From positions 1-43,225 of the forward strand of contig CALIBN010000038.1 of NCBI GenBank assembly GCA_938045545.1: DNA of 43,225 bases, written 5' to 3'. The notes below the pieces were generated by a model. The model had not been told where the DNA came from, ran no database searches, and saw only the letters and a program-made list of their open reading frames with translations. This document shows, piece by piece, positions 19,208 through 28,859 of the stretch (the stretch's first letter is position 1; the number at the start of each line of letters is the position of its first letter). The position numbers and the translations under genes were made by a program. The DNA is from an uncultured archaeon (GTDB lineage: Archaea; Thermoproteota; EX4484-205; JAAOZP01).

Positions 19208-20836
19208 ATGCGTACAAACTACATATTTGTAACCGGGGGTGTTATCAGCGGGATAGGAAAGGGTATTACCGCAGCCTCGATAGGTAAGATCCTCCAAGCA
19301 AGAGGCTATAGAGTAACCGCCGTGAAGATAGACCCTTATCTAAACTATGACGCTGGCACCCTTAGACCAACTGAACACGGCGAGGTCTGGGTTACTGAAG
19401 ACGCGGGCGAGATAGATCAAGATCTTGGACACTATGAAAGGTTCCTAGACATAAATATTCCTAGGAGGAACAATATTACAACTGGTCAAGTATACGGCGC
19501 GGTTATCGAGAGGGAGAGGAGGGGTGAATACTTAGGCAAGACTGTTGAGGTTATTCCGCATATAACTGACGAGATAAAACGCAGAATAAGGGCTGCAGCT
19601 GAGGAGGCTGAAGCCGATTTCACCATTGTCGAAATAGGGGGGACAGTTGGCGAGTATCAGAGTGAAATCTATTACATGGCTGCGAGAATGATGAAGGGCG
19701 AGGGCGATAGGGTGATATTCATACACGTAGCGTATCTTCCGATTCCCAAGCACCTGGGTGAGATGAAGACCAAGCCGGTTCAACAATCTGTTGAAAAGTT
19801 AGGCGAGCTCGGGATACAGCCTGATTTCATAATTTGTAGAGCTGAAGGCTTCATAGATGATGTGAGGAAGGAGAAGATATCAATATTCTGTAACGTACCT
19901 AAAGACCATATTATCTCAAACCCCGACTTAGAGAACGTTTACGAGCTTCCATTAATATTTGAGCATCAGAACCTTGGAAAGAAGATCATGGAGAAGTTCG
20001 GTATAGAGCCGAAGGAACCTAAGCTTGATGACTGGAAGCAGTTTGTCGATGCTTTAAACAATGCTACGCGGAAAGTAAAGATAGGAATAGTCGGGAAATA
20101 TTTCGAGACAGGTGGATACAGGCTTCCAGATGCTTATATTTCTGTAATAGAGGCGGTTAAACATGCTTGTGCAACCAATTTTGTGAAACCAGTGTTCGAG
20201 TTCATAGATTCGACGGACTTCGAAAAGGATTCTGACGGGCTTTCGATTCTTGATGAGCTTAACGGGGTGATTGTCCCAGGCGGATTCGGTACAAAAGGTA
20301 TTGAAGGTAAAATAGCTACAATAAAGCATGTTAGGACGAAGAAAATACCTTTTTTAGGCCTCTGCCTAGGCCTTCAGCTCGCTGTCGTAGAGTTTGCGAG
20401 AAACGTTATCGGTCTTGAAAGAGCTAATTCAACGGAGTTCGACCCCGATACGCCTCACCCTGTTATAGATATTCTTCCGGAGCAGAAGGAAATATTGAAA
20501 GAATCAAGATATGGAGCCTCAATGAGGCTGGGTGCATACCCTGCTGTTTTAAAACCTGGGACGCTTGTCTCTAGGCTTTATGGGGGGGCTTCAATAGTTT
20601 ACGAGAGACACAGGCATAGATACGAGGTGAACCCTAAGTATCATGAGGCCCTTCAGAACCACGGGATGATTTTTTCCGGATTATCTCCGGACGGTAGGCT
20701 TGTGGAGTTCATAGAGCTCGATAACCACCCGTTCTTCGTGGCAACGCAAGCGCATCCTGAGTTTAAATCCCGGCCGCTTAAACCCGCTCCACTTTTTAAG
20801 GGCTTTATAGATGCCTGCTTGACACTCTTCTCCTGA
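19208..20836 (+). CDS. pyrG: CTP synthase
   Basis: TGGVISGIGKG, KIDPYLN, DLGHYERF, GLCLG (catalytic Cys), RHRHRYE and HPE. Confidence 0.98.
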   Translation: MRTNYIFVTGGVISGIGKGITAASIGKILQARGYRVTAVKIDPYLNYDAGTLRPTEHGEVWVTEDAGEIDQDLGHYERFLDINIPRRNNITTGQVYGAVIERERRGEYLGKTVEVIPHITDEIKRRIRAAAEEAEADFTIVEIGGTVGEYQSEIYYMAARMMKGEGDRVIFIHVAYLPIPKHLGEMKTKPVQQSVEKLGELGIQPDFIICRAEGFIDDVRKEKISIFCNVPKDHIISNPDLENVYELPLIFEHQNLGKKIMEKFGIEPKEPKLDDWKQFVDALNNATRKVKIGIVGKYFETGGYRLPDAYISVIEAVKHACATNFVKPVFEFIDSTDFEKDSDGLSILDELNGVIVPGGFGTKGIEGKIATIKHVRTKKIPFLGLCLGLQLAVVEFARNVIGLERANSTEFDPDTPHPVIDILPEQKEILKESRYGASMRLGAYPAVLKPGTLVSRLYGGASIVYERHRHRYEVNPKYHEALQNHGMIFSGLSPDGRLVEFIELDNHPFFVATQAHPEFKSRPLKPAPLFKGFIDACLTLFS

Positions 20837-20895
20837 GCTGGAAGGCCCTCTGTTTTTAAGCCTTAATGCTTCACCATACCGATTCAGGCGCCCGC

Positions 20896-21096
20896 GCATG
20901 CTTCTTTGACTATTTTTCCTTCTTATGCAGGATATGGATTATTATTTTACTCTTGTCTATGATTTTCTTTATCTTGCCTATGGCCTCTTTAACACGAGCT
21001 ACTCCTGAGATGGAAGAAGTGCCTCCTGACCATTCTTAGCTCTTTACCGTAAAGCTTTGGGACCAGGTTGTTCGAGTTAACTGTATCGTGCGTCAC
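20896..21096 (-). mobile_element. Degenerate IS200/IS605 TnpB-like remnant
   Basis: Broken frames read TVNSNNLVPKLYGKELRMVRRHFFHLR / KEAIGKIKKI..HILHK / IVKEA. This resembles the TnpB helices between RuvC-I and RuvC-II, from recalled family pattern only. Confidence 0.55.
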
Positions 21097-21161
21097 CACT
21101 TTTATTTTACATCTGAAAGCTAATAAAGTTAATTAACTTCCTGAATAATCTTGGTGAAAGC

Positions 21162-22730
21162 TTGGAGAAGGAGAAAGAGGAGGGGAATATAGAATATAAG
21201 CTTTTGCTTAATGCAAGTGATGAAAAGAGGCTTCAACAGCTCGCCACACAGTTGAACTATAGGCTTAACGAAGGCAGGGGGGAGGCCTTCTACGAAATAG
21301 GTGTGAGCGATGAGGGTGAAGTCGTCGGTCTCTCGGATGAAGAGGCGGAAGAGTCTTTGAAGGCTTTAGATATGATAGCTAAGACGATCGGCGCCTCCTG
21401 CATGATTACCAGGGTTGAAAAGGGTAGAAGGGGGAAGGTGCTAGAAGTACTTATACGAAGAACCACGGATTTTCCGCCTGTTCAGGTTTCAGTAGCCCTC
21501 TTAGGAAATGTTGATTCGGGGAAATCTACATTAAAAGGGGTGTTGATATCTGGTAGGCTCGACGATGGTAATGGCGCTGCAATGAGCATGGTTGCGAGAT
21601 ATCTTCATGAGATTAAGTTTAGAAGATCCTCCTCTGTTTCAATCCACCTTCTAGGTTTTGACTCTAAAGGTAATTCGATAAACGATTCCCTGGGTTCTTA
21701 TGATGAATCCAAGATTTTTCTGAACGGTTCTAAGATTATCTCCCTCATAGACCTGGCTGGACATGAAAGATATTTAAAAACAACGATAAGAGGTATTCTT
21801 GGAAATCTGCCCGATTACGTTTGCATAGTTGTAGGAAGCAATGCTGGCCCTATAGGGACTTTTAGGGAACACCTCGGGTTGTCTGTTGCCCTAAAAATAC
21901 CTGTCTTTATCGTTGTGACCAAGATAGATATTACTCCGCCGGAGGTTCTTTCAAGGACTCTTAACGATGTTGAAGCAATTCTAAAACTTCCCGGTGTCAA
22001 CAAGATACCGTTCCTGATTAAAAGCGGCAGCGATGCTTCTCTTGCGTCAAGAGTGATGCCGCACCTTAGGGTTTGTCCAATATTCTTGGTTTCAAACATT
22101 ACTGGAAGAGGTTTAGTTGAGCTGAAAGCATTTTTAAATGCCCTTCCACCCAAAACGGATTGGGCTGAAAAATCCAATATGGAAACACTCTGCTTTATCG
22201 ATGAGAAGTTTTATGTTGAGGGTGTCGGCCTCGTTGTAGGCGGGCTCGTCGAGCAGGGGGTTGTTAAGAAGGATGAAATGCTTCTACTAGGGCCTTTCGA
22301 CGACGGCTCCTTCAGAACAGTGAGGGTTAAGTCTATTCATGTAAACAGGGTTCACGTGGAAAAGGCTACTGCGGGCCAAATAGCCGCTTTAGCAGTAACG
22401 AATGTTGACTACGATGAGATTAGGGCTGGCATGGTTCTGCTAGACGTGGCGGCTAAGGCTTACGCGGTGAGACGTTTTACCGCTGAAGTTAGAATACTGC
22501 ACCATCCAACCACCATAATGCTGGGCTACGAGCCTGTTATACAGACCAGGACTGTTAAGCAGGCTGCTAAAATAGTCAGGATGAGGAAGCCGGCCCTGAG
22601 GACTGGGGACACGGATGTTGTCGAGTTTGAATTTATAAAGAGGCCTGAATACATGAGGATCGGCGACACCTTTATCTTCAGAGAGGGGAGAACCAGGGGG
22701 CTGGGCGTTGTTAAGAAGATTAACGCCTAG
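21162..22730 (+). CDS. GTPBP1/GTPBP2-family translational GTPase (aGPBP)
   Basis: N-terminal EEGNIEYKL..RLNEGRGEAFYEIGVSDEG; G1 GNVDSGKST, G3 DLAGHE, G4 TKID; EF-Tu-like domains II/III ending FREGRTRGLG. Confidence 0.92.
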   Translation: MEKEKEEGNIEYKLLLNASDEKRLQQLATQLNYRLNEGRGEAFYEIGVSDEGEVVGLSDEEAEESLKALDMIAKTIGASCMITRVEKGRRGKVLEVLIRRTTDFPPVQVSVALLGNVDSGKSTLKGVLISGRLDDGNGAAMSMVARYLHEIKFRRSSSVSIHLLGFDSKGNSINDSLGSYDESKIFLNGSKIISLIDLAGHERYLKTTIRGILGNLPDYVCIVVGSNAGPIGTFREHLGLSVALKIPVFIVVTKIDITPPEVLSRTLNDVEAILKLPGVNKIPFLIKSGSDASLASRVMPHLRVCPIFLVSNITGRGLVELKAFLNALPPKTDWAEKSNMETLCFIDEKFYVEGVGLVVGGLVEQGVVKKDEMLLLGPFDDGSFRTVRVKSIHVNRVHVEKATAGQIAALAVTNVDYDEIRAGMVLLDVAAKAYAVRRFTAEVRILHHPTTIMLGYEPVIQTRTVKQAAKIVRMRKPALRTGDTDVVEFEFIKRPEYMRIGDTFIFREGRTRGLGVVKKINA

Positions 22731-22735
22731 TTTTT

Positions 22736-23313
22736 TCAAACGGGTTTAGTGAGGCCTACTAGGAGCACCCTGAAATAGTCTATTGAGTCTTCACACCTGC
22801 CGCATGTTTCTTCAATAGCCTTCAAAAACTCTGAGAGAAACAGTATTATCCTCGGGTCGACGTCCGCGTATTCGTCGCCTAAAAGCATTTTCCCGGCTTG
22901 AGCGTAAAGCATGTCAACCCGCTTCTCTTCTTCTTCAACCCTGTCGCTTAAACGAACAGCCTTATCGTAATCCATTAATATGCAGCCAGCGCGTCTCTAA
23001 GGCTTAGAGCGCATTCCCTTGTCTTGCTGCACATTTCCTCAATCTTCTCCTTAATCTCCTGTTTCAACCCGCTTAAGGGTGAAACGTAAGTATTCTGCCT
23101 GCCCCGTGAGCATAGTCGGCATCCATGTCGACTTCCTTAGACAGCTCCATGAAATACTTCTTCATGTCTGTGTCAAGCTTAAGCAGTATTCCGAGCAGAG
23201 AAGGAAGGAGAATAATGCCGAGGAAGAAGACTGTTGAAGCCAAGTAAAGGGAGTGAGCGACTGTTTTTTTCCTCGGAGAGCTTGTCCAGCCGAGAGATAA
23301 CCCTCCGACCCAT
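22736..23313 (-). pseudogene. Chimeric pseudogene: membrane-protein N-terminus fused to the C-terminal half of a DUF47/PhoU-like protein
   Basis: ATG 23313 MGRRVISRLDKLSE / KTVAHSLYLASTVFFLGIILLPSLLGILLK-LDTDMKKYFMELSKEVDMDADYAHGA / EMCSKTRECALSLRDAL / MDYDKA..VEEEEKRVDMLY..IEETCGRCED. At least three frame breaks. Confidence 0.65.
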
Positions 23314-23470
23314 TCCTCTAAACCTGCTGGTTTTTTCAGCTTCGACGGCTGACAAGCTCTAGCACCATTCGAAGACTAGTGTTTAAAACCTTTATGGTTG
23401 CGCAAGCTTCAAGCTAAATCTGCACGCTAACGGTAAGTTTCTAACAAAGGTCATGCAATGTTCTTTCGAT

Positions 23471-24385
23471 TTAAGATAGTAGAAGACCGTAAACGGTTAT
23501 TAACGGGATTCCAACCGTAAGTGTGAATCCTAGCAGTATTGTTGCAAACTCTAGGTCTAAGTTTTCAGCGGATGCGTGCACAATCGTCATGAATGCTGGG
23601 GGGAGAAGAGCCACCATAACTGTAACTATTGATGCCTTCAAATTTAAGCCGAATAGGCTGGCTAGGGTTAATCCAGCCAAGCCTCCAATAGGGATTTTAA
23701 TGGCTGTTGCCGCAAGAACATGTTTAACAGTGTTTCTCGACGGAAGCCTTATGAACGCGCCCACCGCGATAAGCATTAAAACAATGTTTGTAAAAGAGAT
23801 GACGCTTGTGAATATCCCGAATGATTCCGGCAGCCTTAATCCGCAAAGGTTAGCTGTAAGGCCGAGGATTATCGAGAGAATATAGGGCTGTGTGAAAAGC
23901 CCTTTAAAACTGCTCTTTAGAGATATTTCTCTCCGGGAAGGGTTGAATCCTGATGCGACTAGAAACGCTATTGAAAAAACATACAGCGAGTTGCCTATGT
24001 CGAGCAACGAGGCTGTGGCAACGCCCTCAGCGTTGAAAAATAGCTCTATAAAGGGTAAACCTATTATGCCGATGTTTAAAGTACTGCATCCCAGTATGAA
24101 AGCGCCTTTCCTAGCCCTATCCATGTTCAGGCTTCTCGACGCGATGAACGCTATGGCTAGGAGTAGAAGGTTAAGCACCAGTCCGATTACTGGAAGCAAA
24201 CAGTCCTCCAAGGATATTTTTACAGCGGCGAAGGAGCGAAAAACTATGATGGGCAGGAGGAGGTTAATGGATATTGATAAAAGTTTCTTGCAAAACTCTT
24301 CACTAATCATGCTAAACCTTCTTAAGAGTATGCCTAGTGAAAGTAGCGCAACTATTTCGAATACAGTTTCAAACAGGCCCGGCAA
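23471..24385 (-). CDS. AEC (auxin efflux carrier / MleP-like) family transporter
   Basis: About 10 TM helices; LLP..VF, NIGIIGLPF, QPYILSIILG and LPPA motifs. Confidence 0.88.
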   Translation of the reverse strand: MPGLFETVFEIVALLSLGILLRRFSMISEEFCKKLLSISINLLLPIIVFRSFAAVKISLEDCLLPVIGLVLNLLLLAIAFIASRSLNMDRARKGAFILGCSTLNIGIIGLPFIELFFNAEGVATASLLDIGNSLYVFSIAFLVASGFNPSRREISLKSSFKGLFTQPYILSIILGLTANLCGLRLPESFGIFTSVISFTNIVLMLIAVGAFIRLPSRNTVKHVLAATAIKIPIGGLAGLTLASLFGLNLKASIVTVMVALLPPAFMTIVHASAENLDLEFATILLGFTLTVGIPLITVYGLLLS

Positions 24386-24495
24386 TGCTCAAGCCTTAAC
24401 TGGAGGTTTATTAAACCTTTAGAACGCTCTATGTAGAGAGATTGGAATTAAAGCTTTTATAAAAACCGGTTTTGATTCCTACAGATAAAACTGCT

Positions 24496-25560
24496 ATGAG
24501 GACTGGAAGAGGCGTAAGGGTTAGAAAGCTGTTTGGCGAGCATGTGCTGAGAATACTCAGGGCAAGAAGCCTAGTTGACAATTCTCTACTGATTAAAAGA
24601 AGAGGGGATTTTCTAGTTATACCTCTCGCCGGGGAGGTTGAGAGGGAAGAGTTGAGAAGGCTGGGTGTTGAAGCGGATTTAGTGGTTGAAGAGTTTGAGG
24701 AAGCCACCAGAATTCCAAGCCCATTCGAAAACCTTAAGGGTATTCTGTCCGAAGATGATCTCGAGATCATTCCCCGGTCGTATGATGTGATTGGCGATGT
24801 CTGCATTCTTCAGCTTCCCAGAGCGCTTTACGATCGCCGCAGGATCATCGGGGAGGCGTTTCTAAAATCCATGAAGAACATTAGGATAGTGCTCAACAAG
24901 ACTGAGCCTCTTTCAGGCGAGCATAGGGTTGGGGGGTACGAGGTTTTAGCCGGTGAAGGTGGTACGGAGACAATCTACCGGGAGCATGGCTGCGTCTTTA
25001 AGCTCGACGTTTCAAAGGTTTTCTTCACGCCGCGGCTCTCAGCTGAAAGAATAAGAGTGGCCTCGCTGGTTAAACCTGGAGAGGTTGTCTGCGACCTTTT
25101 CGCTGGAATAGGGCCCTTCAGCATAATTATTGCGAAGAAAAATCCCAGCGTAAGGGTTCATGCTTGCGACATAAACCCACACGCCTACCAATACCTTGTT
25201 GAGAACGTAAGGTTGAACAAGGTTGAGGACAGGGTTAAAGCATATCTGGGCGATTCTAGAGAACTATCTGTGAGGGATTTGAAAAACGTTGGGGACAGGA
25301 TTATTATGAACCTGCCGATGAGTTCTGAAATGTATCTTGATGCTGCTAGAAACGCGCTTAAAAAACAGGGGGGTGTAGTGCATCTCCACGTCTTCCTGGG
25401 AAAGAATATGGATCCTGTTGAAAAATATGCGAGTATTGAAGAATCGTTCAGGAAGCTTGACTGCGAAACAAGGCTCTTGTCGTCGAGAAGGATAAGGGAG
25501 GTTGCTCCCTTCAAATACCACTGGGGTTTCGACATAGAGGTTAAGCCGAAAAGCGGTTAG
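24496..25560 (+). CDS. trm5: Trm5-family tRNA (m1G37) methyltransferase
   Basis: SYDVIGD, FFTPRL..ER, SAM-binding DLFAGIGPF, DINP and MNLP. Confidence 0.85.
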   Translation: MRTGRGVRVRKLFGEHVLRILRARSLVDNSLLIKRRGDFLVIPLAGEVEREELRRLGVEADLVVEEFEEATRIPSPFENLKGILSEDDLEIIPRSYDVIGDVCILQLPRALYDRRRIIGEAFLKSMKNIRIVLNKTEPLSGEHRVGGYEVLAGEGGTETIYREHGCVFKLDVSKVFFTPRLSAERIRVASLVKPGEVVCDLFAGIGPFSIIIAKKNPSVRVHACDINPHAYQYLVENVRLNKVEDRVKAYLGDSRELSVRDLKNVGDRIIMNLPMSSEMYLDAARNALKKQGGVVHLHVFLGKNMDPVEKYASIEESFRKLDCETRLLSSRRIREVAPFKYHWGFDIEVKPKSG

Positions 25561-25678
25561 CACACACGGTTTGCAGCAACCCTTTGCTAGAAGTAGAAAT
25601 TCCGTTTACGATACTATTTTTCCCTCGCCTTCCTCATAATAATGAAAAGTGTGCGGGAACCGAATGGAAACAGCTTCC

Positions 25679-26116
25679 TCAAGACTCTTCTATGACGTTA
25701 CAAAACCTTTCAAATAGCCTTTCGGCTCTGGCTTTCATCTCCTTTGGGAGATGAGGATCAGCGTCCAGAGTGCTTTCTTTACATTGTCTAAGACAGACCC
25801 TAATCCAGAAATAATCCCTTTTACGCAAAGCGTATTCGAGTTCAGCCCTCATTGCCGTTAGATGCGCGTCGTAGATCATATTCCTCGGCGAATCCACGAT
25901 TACACGTTTATTAATGGTCAGCGCTTTCTTCTTCAACTCGGTTATTCCAGCCAGCTCGTGAACCAGCGATACTCGTTGCCCAATACGTCTTCGAGAGTAA
26001 TGGTGTCTCCAGTCAAATAATCGTAGAATTCTCGACCTAAACTTCCTCAGCTAAATAACCGATGGATCTAAGCGCTTCCCTGGCTTTTTCAATTTATTTT
26101 CAATCTCCCGCAACAA
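25679..26116 (-). pseudogene. Frameshifted remnant of a hypothetical protein; the 85-aa ORF is its C-terminal part
   Basis: Upstream broken frames read IEKAREALRSIGY / REFYDYLTGDTITLEDVLGNEY / LVHELAGITELKKK, the last in frame with ORF 25679-25936. Confidence 0.45.
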
Positions 26117-26174
26117 AATCGAAATGAACTAAAGGCTGATCTTAAAAGCTTTCTGGCTTCGATTAAAAAGAGGC

Positions 26175-27242
26175 CTAGAACCCACTGGTCTGCATTAGCA
26201 AAGCCTTATCCAGGTTTATTTTGATAATAACCTTTCTTCCTATCATTCCGGATATGGCTTGATACTGGTGGAATTCGTTTCCTGAGCATTCAATCATGCC
26301 TTGGCTTGTTTTCACGCGCGTAACCACGTTTCTACCTGCAAACATGCTGTTTAAAAGCTCGCCCTCCAGCATGCCTTCCCCCTCCAAGCTTATTGAAGCG
26401 TCTTCAGGTCTAAATAGGACAGTAACCTTCACATCAGCCTCCGGCCCATGCCACCTAGTCCTAAACTCGCCTCTCGGGAAAACAAGCCTAAAGGTTCCAG
26501 AGCCTAGGTATTCCGCCATTGTCTCAAGCCTGTTTACGAACCCTAGGAACCTCGCAGTCTTCTCCGTAGGGGGCTTCGCGTACATCGTCTGCGCATCAGC
26601 GTAAGCGTCTATAGTGCCGTCGAACATTGTGGCTATGAAGTCGCCCATGGCGAATGCTTCAAGCTGGTCGTGCGTAACGTATACTGTCGTAATGCTAAGC
26701 TTACTCTGAATCGTTCTTATCACGCTGGATATCTCTGCCCTTAATCCAGCATCCAGAGCAGTAAGCGGCTCGTCCAAGAGCAGCAGCTTAACCTCGGAAG
26801 CTATTGCCCTGCCTATCGCAACCCTTTGCTGCTGCCCCCTGCTCAGCTCGTGGGGCCGCCTCTCTTCAAGCCCGGAGAGTTCAACCAGTTCCACAACTTC
26901 CTTAACCCGTCTGCTGATTTCCTCCGGCCTCTTGCCCCTGGCCTCCAAGGGGAATGCTATGTTCTCTCTTACCGTAAGGTTTGGGAACAACGCTGGGCTT
27001 TGAAAAACCATCCCGACTTTTCTCTCCCTTGGAGGCAATTCAGTCACATCCTTTCCGTCGAAGAGAATCCTGCCTGAATCGGGCTTAAGGAGCCCCGCGA
27101 TTATTCGAAGCGTGGTTGTCTTGCCGCATCCACTGGGGCCCAGGAGGACAAGTATTCTCCCAGACGGGATGCTGAAGCTGACATCCTTCAACGCTTCAAC
27201 GCTTCCAAACTTTTTCCTCAGACCCTGTGCTTCAAGCCTCAT
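26175..27242 (-). CDS. thiQ: Thiamine ABC transporter ATP-binding protein (ThiQ/PotA-like)
   Basis: GPSGCGKT, LSRGQQQR, LLDEP, VTHD and a TOBE-like C-terminus. Third gene downstream of the TPP riboswitch. Confidence 0.85.
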   Translation of the reverse strand: MRLEAQGLRKKFGSVEALKDVSFSIPSGRILVLLGPSGCGKTTTLRIIAGLLKPDSGRILFDGKDVTELPPRERKVGMVFQSPALFPNLTVRENIAFPLEARGKRPEEISRRVKEVVELVELSGLEERRPHELSRGQQQRVAIGRAIASEVKLLLLDEPLTALDAGLRAEISSVIRTIQSKLSITTVYVTHDQLEAFAMGDFIATMFDGTIDAYADAQTMYAKPPTEKTARFLGFVNRLETMAEYLGSGTFRLVFPRGEFRTRWHGPEADVKVTVLFRPEDASISLEGEGMLEGELLNSMFAGRNVVTRVKTSQGMIECSGNEFHQYQAISGMIGRKVIIKINLDKALLMQTSGF

Positions 27243-28859
27243 TTAAATCAGCCTCAGCCTCTCCCTTGAGAACTGTGACCCGGCTGTTTCAACAATGATC
27301 ACAAGCATCGTGAGGAGCGAAGTCAGGGCTAGTGCAAGGTTAAGCCTCCTGTAATCTATCAGCAGGTTAACGGCCACCGGGAGCGTCATCAGGTTAAGCG
27401 TGCTGAAAAAGGTTGAGAAGGTGAAGTCGCTTAAGGATGAGGAGAACCCCATTAGGAGTGACGCGACCACAGCTGGCATTACAAGAGGTATTTCAACCCT
27501 TACCAGCCTGAAGAAGGCTGTTGCACCATGGGCGTCGGCAGCCTCACGGTATTCCTTAACCATCCTGCTCCAAGAAGCCTCGGTAATTCTCGCCGCAAGC
27601 GGCACCACTATGGCCGACTGGCCTATGGCTATGAGGATCCAGCTTCCATAGAGCCTTATGATGCCGAAGCCATAGGAAAGAAGTATTCCGAGGGCGAGGG
27701 ATGAGCGGGACATGGTCAGGGGCAGAGCCATAAGTATGCTTACGGCTTTCTCCAGAACACCCCCCGAAAGCTTTGAAGACCATACTATTGCGACGGAAAG
27801 CAGGGTTGAAACGGCTGAGACGATTAACGCTATTGATAGGCTTTGAAGGAGAACCTCGTTGAAGCTGAGGCCGAAGCCGAATTTAAAATCGTGAAGCTCT
27901 TTGAAAAGCCCCGGGAAGGAGCCGCTCGGCTCCAAAAACGGGCTGATAACCGGTATTGCAACCGGTGCAAGCTCGAAAACATAGATGAACGTCACGTAGG
28001 CGGCGAGAAGAATCCCGCTGGGGCTTGAGAAGAGTCTTGAAACAGGTTCCTCAACAGGACGGCTAGTTGGGAAGGGAGTGTAGTATTTTTCCCTGAAAAG
28101 TATGATTATGATCGATACTAATAGTGTTAGCAATAGTTGAAGCAGGGCTATGGATGATGAAAACGGCTTAAACTTGGCGGCGTATATCTCGACCTCAAGC
28201 GTTGTAAACCTTCCCCCCACGAGCATTGGCGTCGAATAGGTTATGAATGAGAATGCGAACACAAGAAGCGAGGCAGCACCCATGTACGGTGTTAAAAAGT
28301 TTAAGTAAACGGTTTTAAAAACTCGTAGAGTCGAGCCTGAGAAAACCCTGGCCGCATCCACGAGGTCTTGATTCACCGAGGAGAAGCCCTGTTCGAGAAT
28401 AAGCGTTGCCAGTGGAACATAGTATATTACGTGCGCAAGTACAACGGCCCAGATTGAATATAGGATTTTAACAACTGGTTCACCGGTTGCGAACAGTTGA
28501 GAGAGGAGAGAGTTAACAATGCCTTTTTCTCCAAGCAGCACTATAAGGCCCTCCGCTATGGTGAAGGCGGGGACGAAGAAGGTTGTCAGCAAAACATACT
28601 CTAAGGCCCTCTTTCCTTTAAACGAGTATTTAGCTAAGAAGAATGCTACCGGTAAAGATAGGATGAGGGTAAATAGTGTGGAGAGGACGGCTTGTGCAAG
28701 AGTCCCGTAGAACAGCCTGTGAATGTAATCATCGCTCAGAACACGTATGAAATCATTTTGGTTCACGTTGCCTATTAGAAAGAACAGAGGTATTATGTAG
28801 AACAGGAATAGGAATAGAAAGAATGGCGTGAGGATTAGAAGCCTCCCAGCCGGGCTCAT
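27243..28859 (-). CDS. thiP: Thiamine ABC transporter permease (duplicated BPD_transp_1 domains)
   Basis: Two EAA-like loops (DAARVFSG and EAADAHGA). ATGA overlap with the binding-protein stop. Confidence 0.85.
   Translation of the reverse strand: MSPAGRLLILTPFFLFLFLFYIIPLFFLIGNVNQNDFIRVLSDDYIHRLFYGTLAQAVLSTLFTLILSLPVAFFLAKYSFKGKRALEYVLLTTFFVPAFTIAEGLIVLLGEKGIVNSLLSQLFATGEPVVKILYSIWAVVLAHVIYYVPLATLILEQGFSSVNQDLVDAARVFSGSTLRVFKTVYLNFLTPYMGAASLLVFAFSFITYSTPMLVGGRFTTLEVEIYAAKFKPFSSSIALLQLLLTLLVSIIIILFREKYYTPFPTSRPVEEPVSRLFSSPSGILLAAYVTFIYVFELAPVAIPVISPFLEPSGSFPGLFKELHDFKFGFGLSFNEVLLQSLSIALIVSAVSTLLSVAIVWSSKLSGGVLEKAVSILMALPLTMSRSSLALGILLSYGFGIIRLYGSWILIAIGQSAIVVPLAARITEASWSRMVKEYREAADAHGATAFFRLVRVEIPLVMPAVVASLLMGFSSSLSDFTFSTFFSTLNLMTLPVAVNLLIDYRRLNLALALTSLLTMLVIIVETAGSQFSRERLRLI

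Noticed and set aside
1264-22730. Roadblock + V4R + GTPBP1/2 as evidence of an Asgard origin
   Set aside because: All three families occur in non-Asgard archaea, so they are not diagnostic.
23523-24422. Plus-strand ORFs of 120 and 176 aa
   Set aside because: Antisense shadows of the AEC transporter.
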